Notes under the pieces: generated by a model | Database searches by the model: none | Told to the model about the DNA's origin: nothing | The model's input: only the letters and a program-made list of their open reading frames with translations | Made by a program: the position numbers and the translations under genes | Source: an uncultured Sediminispirochaeta sp. | GTDB lineage: Bacteria; Spirochaetota; Spirochaetia; DSM-16054; Sediminispirochaetaceae | DNA: 29,063 nucleotides | Reading direction: 5' to 3' | Assembly: GCA_964545955.1 (NCBI GenBank) | Contig: CAZJIN010000001.1 | Location: 1 to 29,063, forward strand | Shown here: positions 1 through 8,897 of the stretch, piece by piece | Layout of the letters: the number at the start of each line of letters is the position of its first letter | How positions within the stretch are numbered: the first letter of the stretch is position 1

Positions 1-6
1 GAGGCA

Positions 7-49
7 AATTCTCATTTTAGAAGTCTCACAGACTTCTAAAATGAGAATT
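7..49. repeat. Perfect 19-bp inverted repeat with 5-nt loop, downstream of the MFS gene (terminator or REP/MITE-like palindrome)
   Basis: AATTCTCATTTTAGAAGTC (7-25), loop TCACA, GACTTCTAAAATGAGAATT (31-49). Extends to 21 bp with a one-base bulge. Confidence 0.85.
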
Positions 50-85
50 GCTGGGCTGGGGCAGCCTCAATTGCTGGGTCGGACG

Positions 86-1345
86 CTACTCCGGCCGCCA
101 TAACCTGAAGCTTATTCCCACGAGAAGGGAAAGAGCCACCGTAAAAAAAGCCACCGCTTCCAGGGAGCTCAACTCCACGGCAAGGCCGACCAGGAAGGGA
201 ATCCCTGCGGCACCGAGGCTTGCCGATGCGACTTGAATTCCGATGATGGTCGGCGCTTCGGTTTTTCCCACCACGTGGGGGGTGAGGGTCACAAAGAGTG
301 GAAAAAGGGGAGCACAGGAAAAACCGATCACCGGTAGCGCGACAAGAGCCGCGAAGGGGACCCATGGTTGAAGGAGGAGCAGGGCGCCGACGGCCAGGCT
401 TCGGATCATGGCCTTGATGATACCGGAAGAGCCCCAACGCCGACCCTGGAAGCCGAAGAAGAGTCGGCCACCGGTAAGGGCCGCCCAGTACGCGCCGACC
501 CAAAGGGCTGCCGTGGCCGGATCGATTCCCCTTTCCGCGGTAAGCAGGCTAAAGCTCCATGCCCCGACGGTGACCTCGAGGCCCGTGTAGAAGATAAAGA
601 GGGCTATACCGGTCGCTTTTTTGCCCCTGCCCGCGACGGAGGGTGCGGGGGCTTTCCCGTCGGGATTGCCCACATCCCCGGTGTTATTGACGCTGTTTTC
701 GGTGCTATCCTCGGGGTTTTTTCCCGTGGTTCCAATAGTAACATCGGTCTCGAGATACCAAAGGCGCCGAAGGAGGATAAAAAGCGTGAGAAGACACAAA
801 AGGAGGACCAGGGTGATCACGTAGCCCCGCTGCCAGGGAAGGTTTTTTTTGAGCACACCCTGCATAATCATGGGGCCGAGCATCGCACCGAATCCGTAGA
901 AAGCATGGAGGAGGGTAACATGCTCTTTGGTGAAGTGTTCCGCCGAATAGGCGTTGAGCCCCGCGTCGATCGCCCCGCCGCCGCCTCCAAGCAGGATGGT
1001 CGCCCCTACCATCACGTACCAGTGAGGGGCGGTCACGAAGCCGAAGAGGGAAAGGGCGATCATGGTATTGCTGAAAATGAGAAGTTTTCCCACTCCCAAA
1101 CGGCGAATGAGCCGTCCGGCATTGGTACTGGAAAAAAAGAAACCCACGGTCATCCCGATCTGTAGTACCGCAAGGCGGCTGAGGGGCACGTTGAAGTCTT
1201 TGCTGATCGAAGGCCATGCAACACCCAGGAGACCATCGGGCAGTCCGAGGCTAATGAAGGCGAGAAAACTGAGTACCAGAAGCAGTCGGTACAGACCGAC
1301 CCGTTTTAAGATGAACTGCCGTAAATTCATGGCGAAACATTTCAT
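86..1345 (-). CDS. Major facilitator superfamily transporter
   Basis: 419 aa with about 12 hydrophobic segments; FISLGLPDGLLGVAWP in TM1, motif-A-like GRLIRRLG, GGGAIDAGLN, and a central hydrophilic loop. Confidence 0.9.
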   Translation of the reverse strand: MKCFAMNLRQFILKRVGLYRLLLVLSFLAFISLGLPDGLLGVAWPSISKDFNVPLSRLAVLQIGMTVGFFFSSTNAGRLIRRLGVGKLLIFSNTMIALSLFGFVTAPHWYVMVGATILLGGGGGAIDAGLNAYSAEHFTKEHVTLLHAFYGFGAMLGPMIMQGVLKKNLPWQRGYVITLVLLLCLLTLFILLRRLWYLETDVTIGTTGKNPEDSTENSVNNTGDVGNPDGKAPAPSVAGRGKKATGIALFIFYTGLEVTVGAWSFSLLTAERGIDPATAALWVGAYWAALTGGRLFFGFQGRRWGSSGIIKAMIRSLAVGALLLLQPWVPFAALVALPVIGFSCAPLFPLFVTLTPHVVGKTEAPTIIGIQVASASLGAAGIPFLVGLAVELSSLEAVAFFTVALSLLVGISFRLWRPE

Positions 1346-1380
1346 GGATTGATCATATCCCCGGGGAAGGAATCCATCAA
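1345..1380 (-). promoter_or_regulatory. Sigma70-like promoter, leaderless, for the MFS gene
   Basis: TTGATG (1380-1375), 17 nt, TATGAT (1357-1352), 6 nt, ATG (1345). No Shine-Dalgarno. Confidence 0.6.
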
Positions 1381-1383
1381 CTC

Positions 1384-1464
1384 CCGACCGGCTTCCCCCG
1401 CCGGGGGAAGCCGGAGAGGGAAGCTGGTCGGAGAAAAGCCGGCAGAGGGAAGCCCGCCGGGGGA
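1384..1464. repeat. GC-rich hairpin plus degenerate short GGGAAGCC repeats in a divergent intergenic region
   Basis: CCGGCTTCCCCC (1388-1399), loop GCC, GGGGGAAGCCGG (1403-1414) is a perfect 12-bp stem. GGGAAGC(C/T) recurs at 1405, 1418 and 1447. Confidence 0.7.
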
Positions 1465-1512
1465 ATTTTCTTTTTTGCCCTTTTTGTTTATATTGTGGAT
1501 GGAGGTACCGGT

Positions 1513-2271
1513 ATGAAAATGAAAAAAACTATTCTTGCCATTGCTATTCTGATTGTTGGTTTTGGTGTTTCGGTGCAGTTGTCTGCTGAATCACCGCGAT
1601 TCTGGGTCGATATAGAAACGGGAGCCGCCTTCACCGGCTATAATGACGTGCGCATACCTTCGGATACGGGGACTAAATTTTCTTTGGCCGATGATTTAAC
1701 TCCGGATACCATATGGTACTACCGTTTGCAGGCGGGGGTCGATTACCGCAGGCATTCCCTTTTCGGATTGTATGCTCCCCTCAAGGTCGAAAGTACCGGG
1801 AAGGCAGACGGGGCGATAGTTTTCAGGGATACATCCTTTCCGGATGGAACGGATCTCACCGGCACTTACGTTTTCAACAGTTACAGGCTCACCTACGCCT
1901 ATACTTTTTTTGAAAATTCACGATTTAAGACCTCGGCCGGACTGACCGGAAAGGTCCGGGATGCCTATATCGCCCTTGACGACGGGTCTACCGAGGAAAA
2001 GAGGGAAAACCTGGGATTTGTCCCTTTGATTCACCTGATGGCCAGGTGGAACTTCGCGCCGGGATTTGCCCTGCTTCTCGAGGGTGACGGACTGGCGGCA
2101 CCCCAGGGACGGGCGGAGGATTTTCTGCTGGCCCTGGTCTATTCGCCCGATCCCGACCTGGAACTGCGACTGGGATACCGCCTTCTGGAAGGTGGGTCTG
2201 ACGGGGGAGGTTCCGTGTATACCTTCAGTATGTTCCACTATGTCGGCGCGGGATTGCGCTGGAGCTGGTAG
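1513..2271 (+). CDS. Putative outer-membrane beta-barrel protein
   Basis: GGAGG at 1501 supports the ATG at 1513. Sec signal peptide (MKMKKTILAIAILIVGFGVSVQLSA), alternating amphipathic strands, aromatic C-terminus (GAGLRWSW). Confidence 0.7.
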   Translation: MKMKKTILAIAILIVGFGVSVQLSAESPRFWVDIETGAAFTGYNDVRIPSDTGTKFSLADDLTPDTIWYYRLQAGVDYRRHSLFGLYAPLKVESTGKADGAIVFRDTSFPDGTDLTGTYVFNSYRLTYAYTFFENSRFKTSAGLTGKVRDAYIALDDGSTEEKRENLGFVPLIHLMARWNFAPGFALLLEGDGLAAPQGRAEDFLLALVYSPDPDLELRLGYRLLEGGSDGGGSVYTFSMFHYVGAGLRWSW

Positions 2272-2313
2272 AGACATGATGACCCTCTATCTGTAATCCT
2301 GTACAATTCGGGT

Positions 2314-2859
2314 ATGGAAAACAACAACAGTTCCGGAAGCAACCGGAAGATTGCCACCCGTCAGATAGAGATGACCACCCTTGAAGGCCCTGAGGGGATT
2401 CTTGTCATTGAAGGAGTCCTGCGAGATGATCGCCATATAGAGTTCAACGGTTTTTCCGGTGACACAATTCCCGCCGGTCGATTCCACACCATCAAAGCCC
2501 GCCTCTCCGTATCCGTCGAGGAGATGAGGATAGAGGATATCAAGGTGGACTTCGAAGATGTTCCCTACCGGGAATGTCGGGGCCTCGGGGCGAAATACCG
2601 TAGTCTGATAGGCCTTAGTATAGAATCGGGGTTCACCCGAGCGGTACTCGAACGGGTTGGAGGGGAAAAAGCCTGTTCCCACCTCACCCACTTGATCATC
2701 ACCATGGGACCCGCTTTCGTGCAGGCGGCCTTCACCTATCGGACCAGGGTTGAATCATCCTCGTATCCCACCAACGACCAGGTTCGAAGGTATTTTCTGG
2801 ATAGCTGTTATATATGGAGAGCCGACGGTCCACGGGGAGAAAAGTACAGGCAGAAGTAA
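2314..2859 (+). CDS. DUF2889 family protein
   Basis: LRDDR, H-x-I-x-ARL, VPYREC and GGEKACSHLTHL match the pattern I recall for DUF2889. Confidence 0.75.
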   Translation: MENNNSSGSNRKIATRQIEMTTLEGPEGILVIEGVLRDDRHIEFNGFSGDTIPAGRFHTIKARLSVSVEEMRIEDIKVDFEDVPYRECRGLGAKYRSLIGLSIESGFTRAVLERVGGEKACSHLTHLIITMGPAFVQAAFTYRTRVESSSYPTNDQVRRYFLDSCYIWRADGPRGEKYRQK

Positions 2860-2967
2860 CCCCTCAGCCTTCTATTCTTCTATTTATTCTCGTGAATTGT
2901 TGATATTTTTTGTGAAGATCGATAAAAATTTCAAACCGTGGTATACTTAACGGAGAGAGGTAGTGAT

Positions 2968-5046
2968 ATGAATCTCAGGGGGTACTCTATCGTTGGTATC
3001 GCGGCCGCGATTACCATGATGGCCTTACTGGTTCTGCCGGTTTCGGTGTATTCTCAGAATCTTCGGGTCCATGCCTCTCCCCGGGTACTTATTCCCCTGA
3101 AAGACGGAGACATATACGGTGTCGGTGGCGGTGGATCTCTGACGATCAACGCGGAACTGACACGGTTTCTTGCTCCCTGGGCGGGTCTGCGGGTCCAGTC
3201 CGTACCTCCCGCAAGCTCGGACCTGGAGAGTTCCCTTCTTCTTACCACCATTGGGGGTGGAATCAATCTTTTCACGTTTCCCCTTCCCAGACTCAAAATC
3301 GCCGGTTCTGCGGGCGGGGGTGTGTATGTCGGACAATACGGCAGTGGTGACGATGCCGTTTCTACCGGGAACCTCTATTGGGAAGTCGGCACGGAGGTAG
3401 GTTATCGGTTTTCACCCGGGTTTACGGTTTCCGCGGGTGTCGATTACGTGGATTTTTTGCGTGAAAAAGATTCACTCTATCAGGGTCTCGCCGTTTCATT
3501 GGTGGTTGACCTGGGATTCAAATCAAGAAAAACAGAAGGAAGGGCCATCCTCGATTCAGCCGAATCAAGCCCGGTTTTTCCAATCCTCGCATCGCACTAC
3601 CAGGAGGGTGAGTTCGGTTCGATCACCATCAGGAATGGGGAAAGTGCGGAGATACGAAACGTGGAAGTGCGGTTCGAGGCGGGAGAATACACATCTTCCC
3701 CCCAACTCTGCGGAGAGATCGACTACCTTCCCAGGAACGGGGGGGCGACCCTGCCTCTCAAGGCGAGTTTTTCCGACCGGATGATGACGGTGACTGAAAA
3801 GGTGCTTACCACCGGTGAGATTATTATAGACTATGAACTGCTAGGTGAAGCCAGAACATCCCGGGCGGAGACGACGATATCGATACACGACCGAAATTCC
3901 TTTACCTGGAAGGATCCGAAGGTTCTTGCCGCCTTTGTAAGTCCCAACGACAGGGCCCTCCTTGATTTCAGCAAATACGTGGCCGGTCTGGTCCGGTCGG
4001 ATACCCGTCCGGAGGTGGATTCCAACCTGCAGTACGCGTTGGCCCTTTTTGAAGGGTTCAGACTTTCCAATATAGCGTGGAGTGAGGATCCCCAGACCCC
4101 TTACAGGGCCATGCGCCGGTCTCCCGACGAGATCGACTACGTGCAATATCCCCACCAGACCATCTCCTATCGAGGGGGAGACGCCGACGATCTCGCCGTG
4201 CTCTACGCGGCGGCGGTTGAATCGGTTGGTGTTCCTTCAGCCATTATCCCCCTCGAGGAGGATGTGATTGTAGCCGTGAAGCTCGAATACGGAAAATCCG
4301 GAATTCGCTTCTTTTTCTCCGATCCTGGTGATTTTATTTTTCTCGATGATGAAGTATGGGTACCGGTTAGGGTTTCTCTCCTTCGGGAAGGCTTTCTCCG
4401 TGCATGGAGTGAAGGCGCCCGGATTGCGGGAGAAACGGAGATGTCCCGGGAGCAGTTTTTTCGTCTTGACGAGGCTTGGGAGAAGTATCCTCCCGCCGGT
4501 GTCCCCGGCATCCAGGCTGTAACGGAAAAACTGCTGGAGGAGCAGGTGGTCCGAGCGTTCAACAATATTGTTTCCCTGGTAGTGGAACGGGAAGTTTCTC
4601 CCAAGGCCGAACGTATGAGAGACGCCTTCGGACCCAATGGCGGAACCGGTAGGCAACGAAATGCCCTGGGGGTACTCTACGCCCGTTATGGTGTGTACAG
4701 AGAAGCCCTGAAGGAGTTTCAGGCGGCTTCGAGGGCCGATTATAAGATGGCCCACATCAACATTGGTAACATCGCTTTTCTTATTGGAGATTATGATACC
4801 GCCCTCTCCTGGTATCTGAAGGTATCGGAGGAATATCCCGGCAACCCCGCGGCGATTATCAACCTTGCCCGCACCTATTACGAACTGGATCGCTTTGATG
4901 AGGCGGACTACTATTTCGGTATTGCCAGTGAGATGCAACCCGAACTGGCCGAGCGTTATAGCTATCTCGCCGCGCGAATCGAAGGATCGGTAGCCCGGGC
5001 TTCAGCTGCGATGGACAGGCTGGGTGATATGATGTGGGGAGAATAA
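2968..5046 (+). CDS. Secreted/outer-membrane TPR protein with a catalytically degenerate transglutaminase-like domain
   Basis: SD GAGAGG before ATG 2968. Signal peptide, beta-barrel-like N-domain, Ig-like domain, YVQYP..T..YRGGDADD, C-terminal TPRs (NALGVLYARYGVYREALKEF). Paralog of the next gene. Confidence 0.75.
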   Translation: MNLRGYSIVGIAAAITMMALLVLPVSVYSQNLRVHASPRVLIPLKDGDIYGVGGGGSLTINAELTRFLAPWAGLRVQSVPPASSDLESSLLLTTIGGGINLFTFPLPRLKIAGSAGGGVYVGQYGSGDDAVSTGNLYWEVGTEVGYRFSPGFTVSAGVDYVDFLREKDSLYQGLAVSLVVDLGFKSRKTEGRAILDSAESSPVFPILASHYQEGEFGSITIRNGESAEIRNVEVRFEAGEYTSSPQLCGEIDYLPRNGGATLPLKASFSDRMMTVTEKVLTTGEIIIDYELLGEARTSRAETTISIHDRNSFTWKDPKVLAAFVSPNDRALLDFSKYVAGLVRSDTRPEVDSNLQYALALFEGFRLSNIAWSEDPQTPYRAMRRSPDEIDYVQYPHQTISYRGGDADDLAVLYAAAVESVGVPSAIIPLEEDVIVAVKLEYGKSGIRFFFSDPGDFIFLDDEVWVPVRVSLLREGFLRAWSEGARIAGETEMSREQFFRLDEAWEKYPPAGVPGIQAVTEKLLEEQVVRAFNNIVSLVVEREVSPKAERMRDAFGPNGGTGRQRNALGVLYARYGVYREALKEFQAASRADYKMAHINIGNIAFLIGDYDTALSWYLKVSEEYPGNPAAIINLARTYYELDRFDEADYYFGIASEMQPELAERYSYLAARIEGSVARASAAMDRLGDMMWGE

Positions 5047-5063
5047 GTATCGATTGAAATCTT

Positions 5064-8000
5064 ATGAATAATCTATATCTGCGATTCAGGCGATTCATCA
5101 TTTTTTCCCTGTTGTTCTTTCCTGCTTTCGCGGGTATCCTCCCTCAGCTTGAAGCACAGGATGAATTTCCCTCCTCATCGGCGGTCGATGTCAGTGTCAC
5201 TATGGACGGTTGGTTCCCAAAGCTCATCGATCCCGACAACGGTATTTCCAATGTCTTCGGTATTACGACTCAGGCAAAATTCCTGCCCTTCGGCCCTTTT
5301 TCACTCCTGGCAAGGGCGGGGGTCTATTCTCTGCAGACCGGAACGAAGGAATCCCTGCTCTACGCGGGAGGGGCCGGGGGACTGCATTTTACCACGAATA
5401 TCACCGACAGCCTCTCCCTGAACCTCTCGGCTTATGCCGGTCTTGGGAAAATTCCCGACATCAAGGTCCCCGATCTCGAGGAAAAGAACTACGGCTTATA
5501 CGAGGTCGGAGGTCGCGTGGATGCCTCTTTCCAGATATCCGCGGCAATGAAAATCTCACTTTTCGCGGGATTCGAGCGTCTTGCCACGCCTACGGCCGCC
5601 TTTATCGATGCGCCTGCGGCGGGGATAGGATTCAGGATCACCCCCGGCGAGCTGCTCAGAACTCGCGGTCATATAGATTTTGTCGAAATCAGGTCCAATC
5701 CGGTTTTTCCGGTACTCAGGTCCTGGTACTCCACCGACCCCCTCGGTACGGTCTCCCTCCGGAACCTGGAAGACGGACCGATCGAAAAAGTTCGGGTTTA
5801 TTTCCATGTTCCCGAATACATGGGTGGGCCGCGACTCTGCGCCTCCTCGGAGAACCTTGAAAAGGGAGAGGAGTTCGAGGTGCCGCTTTATGCCGTGTTC
5901 GACGAACGGATTCTCAATCTTACCGAAAACAGCCGATCCAATGCGACTGTCGAGGTGGAGTACAGTCGTTATGGAACACAGCGGGTCTCGAGGGAGACCT
6001 TTTCCCTGCAGATATACCATCGCAATACCATGTCCTGGGAAGACGACCGCCGCGCGGCGGCCTTCGTCTCACCCACCGATCCGGCTTCGCTCTGGTTTTC
6101 CCGCTATGCCGGCAGTATCGCGCGGGACCGGATGCGAACGGACCTGCCCCGCAATCTCCAGAACGCCTTGAGTATTTTCGAAGGACTGAGACTCTATGGG
6201 GTGAACTACGTGGTGGATCCAAACAGCTCGTACATCGAACTGTCAAAAAACGCGACGGCCCTCGATTTTCTACAGTATCCAAAGGAGACCCTCACCTATC
6301 GCGGGGGAGACTGCGACGACCTCTCGATTCTCTATTGTTCGCTCCTGGAGGCCTCCGGAATATCCACGGCCTTCATTACTATCCCCGGCCATATTTATAT
6401 GGCCTTCGACTTGGGAATGAGTGAGAAAGAGGCGAAAAAACAGTTCTTCGATCCTGGTCTGTTGATTTTTCATGAAAATCGCGCGTGGGCCCCCATCGAG
6501 ATCACCATGGTCCAGGAGGGCTTCGTCAAGGCTTGGCGGATAGGGGCGAAACAGTGGGTAGACAATGAAAAATCCGGGAATGCCGACTTTTTTCCCATGC
6601 GGGAAAACTGGGATCGGTATCCTCCGAGCGCTCTTCCCGGCGCGGAAGCTCGTTTCGCCCTCCCCGAAGAGAGCGATCTCATGGTGGCCTTCGACGAATC
6701 GATAGACCGCTTTGTCATCCGCGAGATTGGACCGACTATCAACGAGTTTGATAGGCAGCTCGTCCTGGAGCGTGACCCCGAAACGCTGAACGACTACGGG
6801 GTCATTCTGGCGAAGGCGGGAATGCTCGATGATGCATGGGAAAAGTTCGCCGAAGCCGCCGATGCCGGCTATGTGTGGGCGTGGAACAACCTGGCGAGTA
6901 TCGCTTTTATCAGAAAAAACTACGAGCTCTCTCGTTCCTACTACGAATGGGCGGAGAGCCTTCTCCCGGAAGACCCGGTTGCCATCCTCGGCAAGGCCCG
7001 CGCGGCCTATGAGATGGACCTCTACAGGGAATCTGAACTTCTCTACACCCAACTTCTCACCAGTGCTCCTTCGCTGGCCGAGCGATTCGGCTATCTCGCC
7101 TCAATCTACGGCGGCAGCGGACGGGCCTGGTCCATGACCGACCGTCTCTCCTCCATCATCTGGTCCGAGCCGGGGCTTGCCTTTACCTCTGACACCGGCA
7201 CCGGCACTGATACCCGGACCGGCGATCAAACCGGTACCCCGAGAGAGCCCGTGCAAATAGCCGGAAATGCGGGGGACGCGGGGACGGCGAGAAAAACGGC
7301 ATCTGCGGAGGCTGTGGCATCTGCGGGGGCCGTCTCCGAAGGGGGGGGCGAGAGATCGCCTAATCTATTTAAAAGAGAGGTTCCCTCCTCCCTGGTGGTT
7401 TCAATGCCCGACCAGGAGGAAGAGCCTTCTTCCCGGATAGCGGAACCTTTAGATCCCCCGGTAGAAGCGGAGGCGGCACTAGAGCCGGAGGTAGTAGTAG
7501 AGTCCGAAGAGGTAATTGAGCCCGAGCCAATGGGGCCAGTAACTGGAGACCAGCCTGAGCAGGAGGCCCCGTCCGAAGCCGTGGGTGAAGCTGAAGAAGT
7601 TGTGATGGCCGAAATAGAGGCGGAACCGTCGCGGGAACATGGGGAACAGGAAAAAACTCCGGAACCCGTGTCAAAGCCTCCTGAGATTCAGCAGAAAGCC
7701 CCGGAGGATACGGAGATAAGCTCCCGGCGACAGCGCTCAACAAAAACCGAGGTGTCGGTACCAAAGGAATCAGAACCTCCACCGGACCGGAAAACCGATC
7801 GGGAGTTACAGCAGGAGCCGAAGACGCAAAACGAGCAGGGATTCTCCGCACCGCCGCAAATAGCAAAAAAAGCGCCCTCCGATGTCGAAATCATCGAAAA
7901 AGAAAAGAAGGAAGAAGACCTTCGTGTTGCCCTTACTGATACTCCGGAGGTAGAGAAAACTGTACCGAAACCTAATGCCGAGCCGGAACCCGAAGCAGAT

Positions 8001-8897
8001 GCAAAGGCGGAACGGGAATCTTTACCGGAACCCGAAGCAGATGCAAAGGCGGAGCCGGAAACTGAGGTAGAGGCGGAGCTTGAGCCGGAGGCCGAGCCGG
8101 CATCCGTGCGTGAGCCGAAAATTGCGCTTGCTCCGGAGCCTGAGCCGGAACCGGAGATAGAAAAAAAGCCGACAGTTGAATCGATGCCCGAACACGGAAC
8201 TGAACCCGATATAGAAGTAACACAGGCAGAACCTGAGCCGGAAGTAGAGCCGGAACCCGAAACTGTTTCTGTCGAGGAATCGGAGTCGCCCATCAGGGTA
8301 AGTTTTCTCGACGACGGAATTCGTCCGGCCAACGGAGAATGGCGACTGGGCACATACCTGGCCGAGATGACCGATCAGCAGGCCATGTATGCAAAACTGA
8401 TACTACCTTCTCAACCCGTGGAGGGGCCGATGGTCTATGAATTCAAAGCCCGTTCCACCGGCAGTGGTTTTGTGGGATTTGGAATACATATCCATGGCCT
8501 TGAAAGAAAAAACAGGGAAAAATGGAAGTTGTCCCACTTTGGTGGGGGAGATTCCATCCTCATATGGGTCACCAGTGATCCCGAAGCATATGGTAATGCC
8601 GCGCCTCGATTGCAGATTTATTATTCCCGGGGAGAGGTCTGGATGAAAATGACCAATTCCGCCGTTATCCCCGGAACCGTATTTGATTTAAGAGAATACC
8701 GTATAGACTACGATCCTGCGGGGGGAAATCTGTCGGTCCGTGTAGACGGCACCGAATATCTCAACACCGACGGTTTTCTTAACCCCCCTCAATTCGATTA
8801 TTTTCTACTAAGAGCACTCAATTCCGCCGAGTTTTCCGATTTGAGCGTTCACCCATTACACCGCGACAGTATATCCAAGGAGAAGAGCGATGAATAA
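5064..8897 (+). CDS. Large secreted/outer-membrane transglutaminase-like (Cys protease fold) TPR protein with Pro/Glu linker and C-terminal beta-sandwich
   Basis: 1277 aa. Signal peptide; FLQYPKET..YRGGDCDD (Cys at 6312-6314), IPGHIY, WAPIEIT; TPRs; acidic EPEPE-rich region at about 7190-8290; all-beta C-terminal domain. Confidence 0.8.
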   Translation: MNNLYLRFRRFIIFSLLFFPAFAGILPQLEAQDEFPSSSAVDVSVTMDGWFPKLIDPDNGISNVFGITTQAKFLPFGPFSLLARAGVYSLQTGTKESLLYAGGAGGLHFTTNITDSLSLNLSAYAGLGKIPDIKVPDLEEKNYGLYEVGGRVDASFQISAAMKISLFAGFERLATPTAAFIDAPAAGIGFRITPGELLRTRGHIDFVEIRSNPVFPVLRSWYSTDPLGTVSLRNLEDGPIEKVRVYFHVPEYMGGPRLCASSENLEKGEEFEVPLYAVFDERILNLTENSRSNATVEVEYSRYGTQRVSRETFSLQIYHRNTMSWEDDRRAAAFVSPTDPASLWFSRYAGSIARDRMRTDLPRNLQNALSIFEGLRLYGVNYVVDPNSSYIELSKNATALDFLQYPKETLTYRGGDCDDLSILYCSLLEASGISTAFITIPGHIYMAFDLGMSEKEAKKQFFDPGLLIFHENRAWAPIEITMVQEGFVKAWRIGAKQWVDNEKSGNADFFPMRENWDRYPPSALPGAEARFALPEESDLMVAFDESIDRFVIREIGPTINEFDRQLVLERDPETLNDYGVILAKAGMLDDAWEKFAEAADAGYVWAWNNLASIAFIRKNYELSRSYYEWAESLLPEDPVAILGKARAAYEMDLYRESELLYTQLLTSAPSLAERFGYLASIYGGSGRAWSMTDRLSSIIWSEPGLAFTSDTGTGTDTRTGDQTGTPREPVQIAGNAGDAGTARKTASAEAVASAGAVSEGGGERSPNLFKREVPSSLVVSMPDQEEEPSSRIAEPLDPPVEAEAALEPEVVVESEEVIEPEPMGPVTGDQPEQEAPSEAVGEAEEVVMAEIEAEPSREHGEQEKTPEPVSKPPEIQQKAPEDTEISSRRQRSTKTEVSVPKESEPPPDRKTDRELQQEPKTQNEQGFSAPPQIAKKAPSDVEIIEKEKKEEDLRVALTDTPEVEKTVPKPNAEPEPEADAKAERESLPEPEADAKAEPETEVEAELEPEAEPASVREPKIALAPEPEPEPEIEKKPTVESMPEHGTEPDIEVTQAEPEPEVEPEPETVSVEESESPIRVSFLDDGIRPANGEWRLGTYLAEMTDQQAMYAKLILPSQPVEGPMVYEFKARSTGSGFVGFGIHIHGLERKNREKWKLSHFGGGDSILIWVTSDPEAYGNAAPRLQIYYSRGEVWMKMTNSAVIPGTVFDLREYRIDYDPAGGNLSVRVDGTEYLNTDGFLNPPQFDYFLLRALNSAEFSDLSVHPLHRDSISKEKSDE
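7983..8053 (+). repeat. 29-bp direct repeat (42-bp period) in the Pro/Glu linker
   Basis: CCGGAACCCGAAGCAGATGCAAAGGCGGA at 7983-8011 and 8025-8053, encoding PEPEADAKAE twice. Confidence 0.9.

Noticed and set aside
368-1165. Long alternative-frame ORFs (e.g. 368-1165, 4237-4938, 6270-7052, 16677-17441, 19018-19734)
   Set aside because: They are antisense or shifted shadows of well-supported genes in GC-rich DNA and have no recognisable motifs.
2261-2279. TGGTAGAGACATGA after the OMP gene also occurs on the minus strand at 13659-13646 after the HipB-like gene
   Set aside because: About 3 chance 14-bp matches are expected in 29 kb on both strands, and the similarity does not extend.
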